Positions 14,554 through 29,000 of a DNA stretch of 64,000 nt are shown here, in pieces. The stretch is from Trichinella spiralis (lineage: Eukaryota), in the NCBI RefSeq assembly GCF_000181795.1, contig NW_003526943.1, forward strand, positions 8,473,472 through 8,537,471, in the 5' to 3' direction. The translations under genes were made by a program, and so were the position numbers. The notes under the pieces were generated by a model that was not told the origin of the DNA, ran no database searches, and worked only from the letters and a program-made list of their open reading frames with translations. How positions within the stretch are numbered: the first letter of the stretch is position 1; each line of letters starts with the position of its first letter.

Positions 14554-15468
14554 TTGCTAAATTACACTGATTTGCATACTTGTAGATAGTTCAGGTTCAT
14601 GCGTGAAAAACAATGTTGGTAAATTGAAATGTACTGCTTTTTATTTGTTCCAGTTTATGGAAATTTTTTTTTCATGGGTCACATTAACATACTTCCCAAT
14701 GCATCAAGAACTTTCATTATATTTTTGATTACGGTGCCTTTTATTCATTTCAGCTTGGTTATGAAATTCTTTGCATTTTGTTCGAAAAATACTTTAAACT
14801 TTTCGTATTTGACAAATTTAAAGTAGCAAAATAATTTTTCCACAGTTCTTGCATGTCTAATGCACTTTATATGACGATTTTTGTAACAAGAGTAGCGTAA
14901 TATTTTTTCTCTATTTAATTTTTTTAATGTTCAAAAGTGCAGGATTTGTTTTAGCAATGATCCCCTGCAACTGAAAATTGTACACTTATTGTTGTATTGA
15001 AAGAAATGCATGTTTATGAATTGTTTATAATGCTAATAAAAAATATTTTTAAAATAGTTATTTACTTACTTACATCAAAAAACGTGTATAAAATATTTAT
15101 AAATTTAATAAATACATATATCTCTATTTAAAATTGCACTTCAAGTTTCGTTTATGTCAATCAGACAAACTTTATTTCAATCAACAGACAAACAAATCGC
15201 TTTGCAATAAACATGTAAAATCTATAAAACTTTTATTAAGAAAAATTAACATGAACATTAAATTCAACAAAAAAAGTATAATGAAACTGCCAGTTATTGG
15301 CAAGAAAAAAAAGAAACACTTGATTTTACGGTGAAATTCAAACACAATACAGTACACCAATTGTTGCAACCGCATAACAATACATAAAATTTACTTAACC
15401 AGATGCAAAGCAACACCCGCATTGCTGATGCATCTAATTTGTTCATGCGCTCGCATAATTTTTTTACT

Positions 15469-18400
15469 TCAACTTGTTACTCCTTGGCAGGTGTTTTGTA
15501 CAATTTCTGTAAATGACTGATCAAGGCAACGATGCAAATCAGCAAATGATACAATCAACACGTTCTGCTCGTCCCTGGACATCAGCATTATCTTTTCCGC
15601 TACTCCTGCGTCAAGCTAAATATACAACATATGATAAAGCAAACCTGCTAGCATAAGCAAGTAGTATCTTTTAAATATTCATAAAATGAAATCGATGTAT
15701 AATTTAAAACTCATACTACTAAGTTGAAATTCAATTATTAAACATCGAGAGAAAAAAATTTTCTCCATTAAAACCACCTATTAATTATATTCTATTCAAC
15801 ATTCAACCGCTATTAGAATACAATAAATATTACATATTAATTAAAATAATCGAATAATTTCAAATCTATTAGATATCCCATTCTAAAAAAATATAATAAA
15901 CTATAAAAAATACTTTATTTAAACACTGAATAATGTGGCCCAAGTCCAACCAAGGACTTCCATCTTCCGTGACTTGATGAAAAACGTAATCACGAAACAG
16001 CTTCAACAGATAACGATCTCCAGTTTCAGACCACTGTGGATCCATTCCAAGTCTAAAAAAATGAAATAATATTTAAAACAACAACAATAGCAAGGTATTT
16101 TTATCGTTTCATCTATTTCTTACATGGGCCGTTCGTTGACAGTTGCTAACTTGCACAAGATACGAAATAAGCGTCCGTTTTCCATTTCCTGCAACATTTT
16201 CAATAAAAAACAAGACAATAATCGTAACGTTCATGAATAACAGAATTAAAAAATTCATTATTCAAATTTTTCATAAATAAAAACATCAACAATGATCATA
16301 ATAATGAAAACTAACTTTTATCAGTTCGTTTTCCAACATGTCTACTCGCATCAACCATGAATCGAGATGGCTAAAAAATCTGGCACCAATCATTGGCATG
16401 ATTTCCATCACGTTTTTCGACCTTTGTCCGTGAAGTAAATATCTAAAATGAAATTTTCATTTTCAATAACACTAACAGAAAAATTATTCAATTAATTCAT
16501 TAATTTGTTTACAAAATCAAATTTTTCAGATCCGCTGAATAGTGACGAGAGAGAAATTCCATTGAAGATGCGAAGTTAGCTTGCTGCAGAGGAGACAAAT
16601 TGCCACAAGCGAGTGAGAAAATTAGCTGTCCCAAACCAACCAGATCATCTTGCTATAAACAAAAGCGAACAATAATCTTTCTTTTTTTTTCATTGCACTT
16701 AAAAGTGAAATAATTACTTGATAACGTGATATTAATACGTGATTGTTCTGCGTTTGTTCAAAAGTGAGCACATCGAAAATAGAGCAACAATTCAAAAGAA
16801 TTCTGAAAGAGAAACAAATATAATAAACCAATTTATCATAAATATGATCAGAAATAATTAAATAATTAACCTAGATTTTCCAACAACGAGTATTTTAGAA
16901 GGGTCAATTGTTCGAGCAGCCAAACCGGCACTGTGAATAACCCTCAGTGCGGAACAAATGTTAATCACATACGACCACAGCAGACTTTCTGCAATTGGTT
17001 TGTTTTCCACTGTTGAATCTGAAAAATTAAGTTATTATAAATAATACTGCAAAAGCCAAAACAATTCCCAAAACTCACTTTTCGAAGTTGGGTCATACGT
17101 GGTGATATTATCTCTATTTTGAAAATTGTTGTTTGACTTGCATTGCTTTTGACTGCTGAAATGTCTGCTTTTCAAGGTCTCCGCACCTGGGTAATAATCG
17201 AAGACAAATATCAAAGCTGAAAAATCAATCCTTTCAAAAATTAATATCAACCAAATAAATCATTAATATACAAAGCATACAATTGTCGCCAAAGGCTTTG
17301 TTTGTAAATGCTTCTTTCACTCCAACCACATTTGGACTGCTTACTTTGGTTTTCCACTGATAAACTGCTGATAAAGCGTTGCTATTTACGACCCGAAATC
17401 CTACAAAAATAAGTTAATTAATATTTTTATTTTAAAGATACAACATCATTCGGCTAACCGTGCAAACGCCTCAAACAATAATACAGTCCATCATCGGCCA
17501 AAACAGCTTTGTAAGCTGTTGTCACTAAACAAAAGTAACCATTCTGTTGCATCATTGGATTAGTCGTCACTTCTTCCAATGGTAAAAGCTTGTAATAATT
17601 ATCCACTTTTTGAGGGACATCTTAAAAAAATAAATGTAACGTGAAATTTTATGCGTTGCATTCAAACACCTTACCATGATATTCATACGAATATGAATGT
17701 GGACAATTCAATTGTTGTCTTGCTTGCAATTCCTATTAACATTCTTTTGTCACTAATGATAAGAAAAGATGAATTTCTACTTAACTGCTTTCAGTTCAGC
17801 ACAAATCGAAAAACAAGATGCATCGGATTTGCAATATGCAGGGTTGGACAGGTATGATGGTGCACCATTATACAAATAATGCCCAGCAGCGGACTAAAAT
17901 GCAAAAATGAAAATTATAAAATAAACAAATGCAATAACCTTAAAAAATATCAACATACTCCGTCATAAGGAAAACTTTTCTGACCTTCATTGCTATAAAA
18001 ATATGTGACCCCATTTATGCAGTCCTATGAGAAAATAAATCGTAATAAAAAATGATCAGATAATAAAATAACATGCTTACATGCTCAACAAAACAATTGT
18101 TTCCCTGATGATCTTTACCAGTATAATTATAGAGTGAACTAGTAGTTAATGTGTTGCAACCTGCAAAAATGTCAAAAAGAAAAATATATATATATATATA
18201 TATATATAAAACGAAAACAATAACGTATCACATATTATTACCCGCTGAGACGGCATTAAATTGAGAATATTCGACATTAGCAGTACCAAACACATCATAT
18301 CTATTCGATAAGGCGTTGTCAAAATCAACACGACCAACCTCAGCACTTGTTGTCTATAATTATTATTAATAGAAAAAAGAAAATAATACAATAATAAGCT

Positions 18401-18967
18401 TACCACTTTGTTAAGAGAGAAGTTGGCAAATTTTTCTATAAACTGACCTTCTATTACAGAGTCGGATGATTCGCAATTCTCCGGCAAGACAGACTGATTT
18501 TTAGCAGGAGTCTGAAATCGCAAAGAGGAGGAGGAATCACAGGAATGCAGTGCGGTTCGATGATGAGGCATATAAACTATGCTCTGACTGTTGCTATTAT
18601 TTGTCGTTAAATTTAAAGGATAATCGACAACATGATTTCCATACAACCATTTACTTCCTGATTCTGCCATCATATTTGAATCACATTTAAAAGAGCCATT
18701 GCTATTAGGAAATCTGCAGTTTGGATCAGCTGTGAAATATGAAGTACCCATTTTGACAGATCGATTGCACAATGAGGATTGAAATGCAGGTCGAGATAAA
18801 ACAGTTTGGTACTGTGAGAAGACAGCTGAATGCTGATGATGGGCATTTGCAGCAGCATGTTCTATTATTAAAAAATGTTATTGATTTCATATTGAAAAAC
18901 TTTTCGAATACCTACCTGTACGTGAACTGCCAGCGGCCGCGTTAGTAACACTTTGAGAGTAGTTCAT
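15469..18967 (-). CDS. PAN3: PAN3, pseudokinase subunit of the PAN2-PAN3 deadenylase (multi-exon)
   Basis: Exon translations include [70 protein letters not shown] and [35 protein letters not shown], which are characteristic PAN3 pseudokinase and C-terminal knob motifs. Start ATG at 18967 ([17 protein letters not shown]), stop at 15469-15471. Confidence 0.92.
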
Positions 18968-21013
18968 TAATAATCTTTCTTTGCAAAATTATGAATATAC
19001 CAACACTCGCTTGCAGAAAAAACTTGTCAAAAAAGCATCTAAAATCTAAAATATTTATCTAACACTGTGCCGCATATTCAAAAAATAACAAATACCCTTT
19101 ATATTTGATAGGTAAAAATTCACTTTTGCTAATTAAGCACTTTTCATAAAAGTGTAAGAACAACACCACCTTCTAAAACTTAAACCACAACCTTAAACTT
19201 TATAAACATACAGAAGCCTATATATCTGAATTGCAGGTTAATAGTTGTTTTTGTTTTGTCATACTGTATCTAACTGGTAAAAAACTAATTTCTAAATATA
19301 ATTACTATATATTTTTTTGCAAAATTCTGATAAATATATTTTTATTTAAGTTTGCTTTATCCTTTATTTTGAATCTAACTTTGAGAAATACAAGAAAACA
19401 AAGAAACGAAGATTGTAGGATAATATCATTATAAAATTACAATTACTAATAGTAATATAAATTGTAAAACGCATACATATAAATAGACAAATTAAATCAT
19501 TGCAAAAGTATCATTGCTTAAGCAATCGTTTTTCGAAAACAACATGTTTTATCTAATACAGTATCTGGCATTACATTGATTGGCCGCATTTTCGCGATAA
19601 ATCTAAAATTTATAATTCACTGATAATGATATTAAACTTCAGCTTCAATTTCATCTTCAAAAGGCAAATTAAAATTTTATTCTACTAAAATTGCTTTTAA
19701 TTTTTGATTTTTTTACATATGTGTTATATAACTGAGTATCATGATTAATTAATGCACGGATTTTGTATTCAAAACGTGAATTTTATGCACATCAAATGTA
19801 TAAAAATCAAACAAATACAGCTTAACTTCCATTAAATATCAAACAACACTTTTAAAAGTGTAATTATAAGACATGAGAGTAATAATACAAGGTAAAAATG
19901 CAAAAATTAATTTTTAATTAATTTCATAATTAAAGCGCTTGAAGTAACTTACAATAACAATAATGATACTGCTTTAATTTTTATTTCTCATCTTTTTTGA
20001 TGTTTTTAGCAAGCATTTTATTTATTACGTGATATTTCAATGCTTTATACGTTTTATTTTAAAGTTTATAATTTATGAAGAAATTAATATTTTATAATGA
20101 AAAACATACAAACAGCATGTTTAAAATTTACATTTTGAACAGTTTGAAGTACTTTAACAATTGTACTTAGTTTTCATAATTTCATATTGTAGTTACTTTT
20201 GCGTCTTTTAATTTGTTGCATTCAAAATATTTCGGTAATTCATTATAATAACTTAGATAAATCCATATTATATGTTTATAAATTTAATTCAATTCTTTTA
20301 ATTAATTCGCATGGCACTAATGTATTTTTTTACATATACATTTATGAATAATAATAATTTTTATATTATTTATATTAAAATCTAAAATAACAATGGATTT
20401 TAATTATTGAAAAAAAAAATTTTTTTTGTTTTATCATTTATTAAGACTTTTTATTTATTAATAAGAAGAGTTATTTGTGTGAGTGTTCTGAAAATATACT
20501 TTAAGAAAAGTTAGAAATATTTAAAATTCATTAAATAATCAAACTGATAGCAGTTTTAAATTTAATTTATTGGAATATGTAATGCAATCTTTATTTGAAA
20601 ATTTTCGTATAAAATCGGAATTTAAATTTTTTGAGTGTTTTTGATCGTGTAGCATTTTCACAGTTTTTCATCGTAACGATAGAAAATTAAATTTTGACTT
20701 CTCTTTAGATTGATAATATATTTATAATGACGAAGACGGTGATGTTATTGTTCAAAAATCTATTAATGAATTTGTATAATAATATTTTTTGATTTCATGT
20801 TAACTAACTGATAAATTGGGTTTTCGCTGTTTCTAAAGGTGTTTTTTGATTTGTTGCATTATTTTTATCAATTTAACATCTGTTAAAAGTTTATAAAGTT
20901 TGAAATTTCACTTTGATTAATCCATTTACAAATTTTGATAAATTACTGTTTTTATTTTAATGAATATTATGCAAATTAAATTTTATAGATTCGTGAATGT
21001 GTAATTGACGTGA

Positions 21014-21835
21014 ATGGCCCAACCAGACAACGATGATAATACGGAAATGTTGAATGGTGTAAAGAAAGTTTATCATCTGCAGGATGTGATTACAGGACTT
21101 CGAAAGAAAGTATACGATCTGGAAACGACATATATTGAAAGTACTATGGATTTTGGTAATGTTATTCAGGGATGGGGGAAAGCGCCAAGACCAGCGGATA
21201 TGTACGATGTGTTTTGAACAATGTGCTCATTTATTTTAACTTAGTTATTTTAGTAGTAAAGCACAGAAAAAAAGAAAGCGTGTACGCGAAGCAGATCGCA
21301 TTTTTTCGTCCAGTTTGGATAGTGTAAAAGTTTTCAGTTGATTGTCAAGGTTCTTTTAATACGTTATATTCGATTTAGAAAGGCGTTTATGTGAAGTTAG
21401 AAAATTCTTTTATGTGTAAGTAATTTACTTTATGTTTGAATTAATTTTGTTTAACTACATAATTCAGAGATTTCTTTCTTTATAATGCCCGGCATTATAT
21501 TATATTTATTATATCATGTTATGTTATCACGTAGTATAGTAATATATAATGATGTTATAATTTTTTGTTATGTTATGTTATATTGTCATAATATTTTTGA
21601 TTTGATGAATACTTTATTTAATTTTGACATTTTTTCATTATTATTGAAGTGTTATGTTTTATCGTTTGAGAAAAATTTGTTTAATTTAGCTGCTTCCATC
21701 CCAACGTGTAGTCAGAATTTGACTTTGCCAGGCAGTAATGGATTACCTGAGACTGCTGATAATACTTCATCTGCGAGAACAACAGTACGGCCTCCAGAAA
21801 AGTTGAATAAGCAACGTAAATCTACAGATAACTAG
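21014..21835 (+). CDS. MEAF6: EAF6/MEAF6-like NuA4/MYST acetyltransferase complex subunit; exons 21014-21201, 21254-21323, 21379-21415, 21690-21835
   Basis: LRKKVYDLETTYIESTMDFGNVIQGW followed by KKRKRVREADRIFSSS matches the Eaf6 consensus (IYxxEGSYLEDTxxYGNIIRGW...RKFKEAERLFSxSS). Splice phases are compatible across all four exons. Confidence 0.82.
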
Positions 21836-21982
21836 ACACTTTTTTACTCATAAATTGGTATAAATGATTTGATAAAACATTTCGGTGAATTATTTTAATG
21901 TACTTTTTATCAAAAAATTAATTATAATTGAAATGTATTCAAAAATAAATTATTTTGGTTCTTTGTATCGTTGTTAGAAATT

Positions 21983-22624
21983 TCATTTTCTCACAATTCT
22001 GGGAAACTGATCAAGCCATGGTTCTACAGAATCATAATAATCATAAGCAAATGGATCCAAATATGTAAAAGATAGAAATGATTGTTGAGAATTTGGCTGT
22101 GCATTTTCTGTCCATTTTCTGTACGTTTTAGAGCAAAATTCGCATCCAGTAAAGCCAGCTTCTTGTAAACTCATTTGACTAAATACCCGTTGGGTTTCTT
22201 TGTTGAATGACAAGCTTGCTTTTAATCTACGAGCTTCTTTTATCGTGGGCAACGTTTTTGCTCTGGTTTCTGGAACATAAGGTCTCTTTACAATTATTGG
22301 ATTGTCCTTTGAGAGTGGGTGACAATTTTGGTTTTTATCGTTTCTGTGACAGTTGTTCTCTGTAGGTTTGATATGCTGTTGGACATTTTCAATAAAACTA
22401 TTTGCAACAACAAGTTGTAGTTCATGTTGTTGCTTTTGCTGTGGTGCAGTGTGAGCAGATTTAAGACAGTGATGATCGTCTTTGTTCTTGAATGTTGAAA
22501 ACCCGTGACAAATTTCTTCACATTTTGGATTCTTTTCTAATTCATTTGTCAATGGTTTGAATGACAACAATTTCACTGCCTGACCAATGGCCGTCGACGT
22601 GTCTGATTGGTCAGTTTCAGCCAT
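21983..22624 (-). CDS. Hypothetical 213-aa single-exon protein, no recognised family
   Basis: A 642-nt open frame in very AT-rich DNA, less AT-rich than its flanks, with an ATG start and hydrophilic composition. No motif recognised. Confidence 0.6.
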   Translation of the reverse strand: MAETDQSDTSTAIGQAVKLLSFKPLTNELEKNPKCEEICHGFSTFKNKDDHHCLKSAHTAPQQKQQHELQLVVANSFIENVQQHIKPTENNCHRNDKNQNCHPLSKDNPIIVKRPYVPETRAKTLPTIKEARRLKASLSFNKETQRVFSQMSLQEAGFTGCEFCSKTYRKWTENAQPNSQQSFLSFTYLDPFAYDYYDSVEPWLDQFPRIVRK

Positions 22625-23473
22625 TGTTGATATACGATCTTCACTTGATGACGAATAAATGGAATTTTCAAATGGTAATAAATAGCCATCAGAAATAGAA
22701 TATAACTGAAAAATTCATATTGTATATGTAATGTTGAATAGAAAAATAAAAATTGTAATATATTTTACTTGGGAATGGAAAATTTTTTTCTTTTGAGATG
22801 GAATGCGATTTAACTTTTTTCCAATACACATCAACAAAATGCAGATAATCTAAAATAATAATTTTTAAAATGGAGTGTAACAAATTTTTGCTAAATATGA
22901 TCTAAAGAAATAATTTGACATGCGTGCAATTTAATATTGAATTTGCTTTCATTTTTTATGTAATTAGTTAACTGATATGATTATTTAATATATGATAATA
23001 TCTGCATTGCTAAATTGCAGTTATATAAGTTTCTGGCGTTATGTACATAATGTGAACAGGTAAACATGTTAACATTATATATTATTTTATTGAATTTAGA
23101 AATGATGTATATATAACAATGACTAATATTTTTTAAATTTATTTTATAATTTAAGTTATTTATTTATATCAAACTTAATTTTAAAATTACATACATTTCC
23201 AACACTGCGTAGTAGATAGAAAATTAATAAGGAAAATCCAAGCGTGCTGTCAGATTCCTAAAATCACAAATAATTTCAACATGTAATACTAAAAAATGAA
23301 ATACTAGTAATAAAAATAAGTAAATGTTATTTAAAACAAATTATTATCATTGGAAAGTAGAAAAGTAGGATATGCTATTATATTCATTTATATTCTCAGA
23401 AATGAAATTATATAAAATAATCTGAAATTATTATCATTTATAAGTTTCAGAATTTACAGACATAGGTTGTAGT

Positions 23474-24191
23474 TTAATCATGAGTAATGTTATCATTGAG
23501 TTTAATCAAGTTATGTTCTAAATAGCAGCAAATAAACTCATCAAATATTATTTCCTAAACAGTTGGTCAGATAGATAATCATTTACTGGTCTCAATATAT
23601 GTTAATCATTTGAAGAAAGAACTTTACTGTTAGCAAGATGCATATCCAGATGTTGAGACCACATTCGGGAAGTACTGAAGAAAGCAAAAAAAGAACCCAA
23701 GCGTAAGACATTATGTCAACAAGCTGAAGAAAAAGTACATTTTTAAAACTTTTATTATGCAAAAGTAGAAAAGTAAATTACTTTGGTGTTAGTACACAAA
23801 GCTAACATTAAAGAAAGTGCAAAAATAGCCAAATACAAAAACACAGCAATATAGAAAGGAACAATCGGCGACTCTGCAAAATAATTAAAGTTCAATCCAT
23901 ATTTTCTGTATCAGAACTTTTACCTGTGAATTTCAACAGCAGCCATACTGTAAGGCAAAATGTTGCTCCATATATAACCTGTTGGAGATATTAAAATGAA
24001 ATTATTATTTGAAAAAAAAATCTAAATACCATTTGATAAACGGCAGTTGCAAGACAAATAAATTTTGAAGTTTGTCGAAGCATTATTGCTTTAGCGATAA
24101 ATTGCAACCTGAAAACTGTTTCAAATTATACTAAAAGCAATGTAAAGCAGCCGTAAACTATTTTGGTAAGTTTCCTGGAGGGTGGTACCAT
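23474..24191 (-). CDS. Putative small multi-pass membrane protein (spliced; both ends uncertain)
   Basis: Consecutive short exons joined by in-frame GT-AG introns give hydrophobic segments VIYGATFCLTVWLLLKFT / ESPIVPFYIAVFLYLAIFALSLMLALCTNTK / LVDIMSYAWVLFLLSSVLPECGLNIWICILLT. Candidate starts at 24083 and 24191. Confidence 0.5.
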
Positions 24192-26017
24192 TCTGCTTTG
24201 TATAGAACTTCAATTTGAGTAGCACTTAATGTGCTATTCAAGAAATGTATACATTGTTGAGGTGCTGGTGCCACGAATTTTGCTACAGGTCACTGTATGT
24301 TCAGCACACTGTTCACTTGTATTCATTGCTTATTTGTTTATAGATGAAACGAAATTTTCAAACATTAAAATTTATTTCATATTTAATTTGCAAGTATTAA
24401 TCCAAGTGATATTATTGATTTCTCAGTTGATCACTTGAATTTGGTTAAACTGAAATGCTGATTTACAATTTTTCAAGTGCATTTTGAAGTAATTAGTGAC
24501 GACTAGCTTTTTTGAGATTTTAGGACTTTAATTATTTATCCATAAAATATGAATCTGAAATTTAAATGCTCTTTATTGCATGTGCAGAAAGATATGCTGT
24601 TAATTGTGTAATACTGGGTTAATTTCAAAAAATAAGCAAATACTGACATATATAAAGTAAAATTGAAAATGAATATAATTATAAATATATGTATATGAAA
24701 GAACTCGTTTTATGTACCTCTATTTATTTATTTATTATAATAGCAATCATAAATTAATATCTTTATACTTTAAAAATGCAATATTCTTAGCAATTTCATA
24801 TTCGGGCATCCGTAAATATAAATGTAAAGCAATATACATCATGTGAATAAATTAAAAAATTAATATTTAAATTTATTATTATTATTATTAAACCTATTAT
24901 GAATAAACTAACAGTAATGTCATATAATAAAATAATAATATTGCAATGTATTATCAAATTGAATAAAAAATATTCATAATGTTTAAAATCTAAAAACATG
25001 TAAAAAATTTATGAAATAAATTTGAATATGCATGCCCAACGCTGCACTTTTCAGTTAATTTTGTTTTGATAAGAAATATAAGCATAAAATAGATTTTGTT
25101 GAATGCCATATTCTATTTGACATTTTATTTTATGCAAAACACAATAGCGAATTGATATTATTCATCAATAAAACAAAATAAAAAGGCAAGGAGTGTAATT
25201 ATTAATACTAAAGCAAGTGAACGGTCAATTTTTCCTATATGCAACTGCTTTGTAAATGCTGAAAAATGAAACTGCTCTTACTGTAAATTAGATGGAATGT
25301 TTACTAACTTTTAATATTTAAAATCTAGTAAAATTCTCGGCTTATTGCATTTTTTGTATGAATTTTAAGCATAAAATTCAAATAAAACGCTATTTTAGTT
25401 CACATATTATTTTGCAGTCAAATGATTGGTGGTTTTCATGATAAAGTTTTTTACATACATTTCACCATTACATACTTATATTTACTTTCTTTAGCAAGAT
25501 ATTTTTACAGCATTTTCTATTAAAGATTTTTTTATGAACCATAAATTTTTATTATTTTATTTTGCATAGTGAAAGATGGAAATTAGCATCACACTGACAA
25601 TTCGTCCATAAGCATTTGCATTTGTTTCTAAAAAAATATTTTAAGTTTATTAAAAAAAATAAGTTAAATTTGAATTGAATTAATTGCTACTTCTGTTAAT
25701 AACTTTGCATATACTTAATTGTGATTTTGCATTTTCATAGATTTATTCTTGAATGTACATAATAATAAATGTGTGCTTGTGTAAATGATCATAAATAAGT
25801 GCTTTCATAAGTAAAATTTTAACAATGAATCTTATAAGCTAATTATTTTTCAATAAAAATGAGTAACCAGCATAAACAACTTAACAAAAACTTAAAATAT
25901 TATAAAATCACGCATCAAAATATGAAATATTGTTCATGAAATTAGTATTCTTGTTGTACTGGTGTCAGCTTGCATCCAGAAAGCGATATTTTCTGTCTAT
26001 GGCCATACCAGATGTAA

Positions 26018-29000
26018 TCAGCATGCACTGTTCAGTCGGATTTCTGACCCGAACGATGCATTGTCCTGTAATATCATCGAATACGCAGTATCTTCACAGT
26101 CATTTTTATCTTTCCTTGTTTGTGTCCCTTGAGGACATTTTTTCACTATAAAAAATTATTTTAAATAAAATACCAAAAAAATTTAAATATTAGTAATTGT
26201 CATATACTGCAATGCCGCTTGTAGCGATAGAGGTTTTCAGCACAGACACAAATTTTTCGATCAGCACGTTTTTGACATGAAGATGCTGCGCAGTTGAGCA
26301 TACATTCAGCATTATCAGAACAAGGCTCTCCTGGAGCTCTGGCTAAAACACGAAGTATCAAATAAAATAAAATAAAATTTTATTTAATTTATTGTTATGA
26401 AACATACGGGAAATGCACACTCCAGAAATGCATTTCTCATGTGATCGTTTATTGCATTCTGCACTGCTGGTGCAGTTTCTCCAGACTCTTTGAATTTCTT
26501 CACTAATGGGGCTATCGTTCGCAATTAAGTCAAGAAATTCACCATTAGAACCTAAAAAATATTTCAAAATTTTTATTTTTAATAATTTTTGCTTACTTTT
26601 ATACAGTACCTGATGCTTTTGGAGGTGGACGAAGAACACAAGTCCCTCTCATTGGCTTTGCAGGTGTTAAGCAAGTACACAGCTGATTGTGACAGCTGGC
26701 TAATTTACTTTTGGCTCCATTGCATTCTTCTGAATTTGTGCATTTGCTTCCTGGTGATTTTGCAATTGGAACTCCTGAAGAATAGAGAAATGAAAGAAAT
26801 TTTGTCTTTATTATAAAAATTCTTTACTGTGTCAATAATTTAGTTATAATAAATGAGTTTTACATTCTGTCATAACTGAAACAAGTTCAAATTTTGAAAA
26901 AATGATGTTTAAATTAGTAAGCATAACATCTATTTTAATGTAAATTGATAAGATATAAATAATAAAAATGCCAACCTAACATTCTGACATTACTTCCTGA
27001 TCCAGTATCAGATGTCAAGAATGCTTTCGAAGTTGTAGGAGGTCCGCAACATTGTCCAGAAATGCATTGCATGCCATCTGGACACAAGCTGTTTACACAA
27101 AGGCCATAATACATTGTACCAGCTGGACAAGCTGCAAGAATATAATTGCTGTGGAAGAAAAATAAAAATTATTTTAAATTATATTACATCCAGTTTCGAC
27201 TCCGCCAGTCAGTGGGCAGCAGTTGTAGCCATCGATACAAATCAAAGATTGGCGAGAACATTGAAAGTCAGCTGTGCATGATTCTGTTGGAAGGCTTCCA
27301 TCAGGGCATATATCTACAATTTAAACAATTTATGGCAAAATTTTAAAATGACTAAATTTTTGACTGCATACCAGTCACTGGCGGTCCATCATCTTGGCAA
27401 CAAAAGTTTTCTGGGGTACATGAGTAACCAATTGCGCAAAGTCCACCTATGCATGGTCCTACTGATTTGCTTCCATCACCACAAACGCCTAAATTATTAA
27501 ATTAAAATTTTCATTGTTTTTTCAAGGTAAAAGACCTCCTATTCCAGGACTGAAGCTTCCTTGAGGACAACAAAGATTTCCAGTTGTGCACGTAAACCCA
27601 ACTCCGCATAAACCGTTAACACACGGTCCTACTGGAATGGTTCCATCCAAACAAAAGGCTAAAATTAGTGTATCGTTTAAATAAATAGTAAATTATCATG
27701 TATTAATAAAAATTAGATTTATTATTTTATTAATGTGCTAATAAGATTGAACTTTATGAATATAAACAGCATGACAGTATTAAAACAGCTCATCAAGATC
27801 TTTAAAATATACTTTAACAGTACAAAATAGTAGTGTTATTGTATTCTTCATGGAACAGTTTACACTGATGCAGACTGAAATAAATAATTTATAAAATCAG
27901 TTTTCTGGACCAGTTATTAAAAAATATCAAAATATATACTGATCTAAGATTTATAGATTTTCTTAACTTCATTTAAAATAAATTGCAAATCTTACTTGGT
28001 TGAGTTGCACCTGTGCAACATATGTTTGCGCCGGCTAAACAAGTAAAGCCAGCTCCACATAAACCATTAATGCAAGCTCCAGCAGGCTGTTTCCCATCAG
28101 GACATAGTCCTTAAAATGATCAAATAAAAATAATATTTACATTACAAGACGTTATTTCCAGAAAATAAATAAATAAGTACCAGGTATAATCGAAACAGGG
28201 CAGCAGACGTTGTCAGCAGTGCATGTAAAACCAGGTCCACATTGCCCTTTAACACATTTACCTTGAGGTTGAAGCCCATTTGGACAAAGTTCTAAAAGAT
28301 TAATAATGTGTAAAATTATGAAAAGACATATATATAAAGATATAAATTACTCGTTTCTATTAAGCTGGTTGCACAGCAAACGTTTGATACGCAATAAAAG
28401 CCCAAGCTGCATTGTCCACCTAAACATGAACTTACTGGCTGACTGCCATCAGGGCAAAGCTCTAAAAATAATAAAGAGATGTATGCTTTATGCATTTGTA
28501 ATTTAAATTATTGCTAATGGACGACTGACTTGCGATCCCTTGTGATTGAGGACAGCAAATATTTTTATCAGTGCAGGTTAAACCCATTGGACATCGACCA
28601 TTTGAACACTGGCAAAAGGCTGTACTACCATCTGCACATCGAGCTAAAATACAGTATGAATATTTAAAAAATGTTAAAAATTGTTGATGAAAAATTTTAT
28701 CAAACAAAACGAATTTTCATTTAAATCAGGAATTTTACATTTCACATTAAAATAAAATTTTTTATAAATTATTTTGCAACATTATTTTTTGAATTACATG
28801 ACAAATGTACTTTAAATGAAGACGTTAAAATGAAAAAATTGTTATTTTCAGCGATTTTTATTTCATGCAGAAGGATACTAACTAATTTAAATAAATACTT
28901 ACGCAGTCCAGGGGAGCTTATCTGTCGGCAGCAGTAATTTCCGTCAGTACATACAAAGCCATTTCCACAGCGTCCGTTGATGCATAACCCTATAGGCTGA

